From NCBI GenBank assembly GCA_018335795.1, contig JAGXRP010000006.1:22129-86128 (forward strand): 64,000 bases of DNA. The letters are read 5' to 3'. The notes below the pieces were generated by a model. It worked only from the letters and a program-made list of their open reading frames with translations, was not told where the DNA came from and made no database searches. The translations under genes were made by a program, and so were the position numbers. The stretch comes from Desulfobulbaceae bacterium (GTDB taxonomy: Bacteria; Bacteroidota; Ignavibacteria; Kapaibacteriales; UBA2268). Shown here piece after piece: positions 63,414-64,000 of this stretch (position 1 is its first letter; each line of letters starts with the position of its first letter).

Positions 63414-64000
63414 ATGACGAATGAAGAAATAGTAAAATCTCAAACAAATAAATCAATTTATGGTGTGATGGCTTTCGGATTGCTCACCATTATATTATGG
63501 AATGTGCCTTTTGGAAACATGATTCTATACCCATTTACTATATTAGGGACATGGTTTCATGAATTAGCACATGGATTGATGGCACTCATTTTAGGTGCAA
63601 ATTTCAATAAGCTGGTAATTTTCCCTGATGGTTCGGGTTACGCCCAATTCAGCTATTCATCTTTGTTCTTAGGAAATTTTGGGAGTGCTTTGGTAGCAGC
63701 TGCAGGTCCGATAGGACCGACAATCGCCGGAGCTCTGTTCTTAGTAGCATCGACTAAGAAGCGGAGCACTGAAATTGTTCTTTACTTATTGAGTTTTTCC
63801 CTTATTATTTCTACGTTGCTTTGGGTGCGTCCTTGGTTTGGGTTTGGTTTTATAATGATTCTACTTTTTTCAGTCGCTATCACTTTTATAGAAATCAAAG
63901 GCAAAGATATTGTCAAAACCATCACATTACAGTTGCTCGCTGTTCAGGCATTTGCTAGCATGTACCAAGGAATCGGATATTTGTTTTCAAAGGGAGCAGT
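63414..64000 (+). CDS. M50B-like membrane metallopeptidase; partial, runs off the window end
   Basis: Hand translation from ATG 63414: ...LYPFTILGTWFHELAHGLMA...DGSG...AAGPIGP (HExxH). Not in the ORF track. Confidence 0.85.
   Translation, partial: MTNEEIVKSQTNKSIYGVMAFGLLTIILWNVPFGNMILYPFTILGTWFHELAHGLMALILGANFNKLVIFPDGSGYAQFSYSSLFLGNFGSALVAAAGPIGPTIAGALFLVASTKKRSTEIVLYLLSFSLIISTLLWVRPWFGFGFIMILLFSVAITFIEIKGKDIVKTITLQLLAVQAFASMYQGIGYLFSKGA

Overview
A 64-kb, AT-rich, gene-dense bacterial chromosomal window. T9SS C-terminal domains, a CcoN-CcoO fusion, TAnnTTTG promoter boxes and GGAG ribosome-binding sites point to the FCB group, probably a Kapabacteria/Ignavibacteria-like lineage (inference). 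Bases 1-18.9 kb form a co-oriented respiratory super-cluster: cbb3 oxidase (ccoI-S-NO-Q-P-G-H plus a DsbD_2-type gene), alternative complex III (actA, a twin-arginine micro-ORF, actB, C, DE, F, an extra cytochrome c), sco and a partial A-type oxidase subunit I. The middle holds envelope and housekeeping genes (glmM, comF, two SurA-like PPIases, murC, an ABC exporter, NlpC/P60, mraY, murF, ribD, map, an orphan pstS, peptidases) and an unannotated four-gene cysteine-rich outer-membrane operon (38.2-43.8 kb). The right end has two low-GC T9SS cargo genes, trpS flanked by a 9-bp-periodic palindromic repeat family, tyrosine catabolism genes (hppD, hmgA, acetoacetate-CoA ligase), uvrB, and a 71-aa peptide gene with a structured leader and trailer divergent from a TPR sensor kinase. 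The best novelty candidates are the peptide/TPR-kinase pair, the Cys-rich barrel/lipoprotein/OmpA-SPOR operon, the repeat element and the Tat micro-protein in the act operon. No rRNA, tRNA, CRISPR array, transposase or prophage was seen. All assignments come from motif recognition by eye; no database searches were run.
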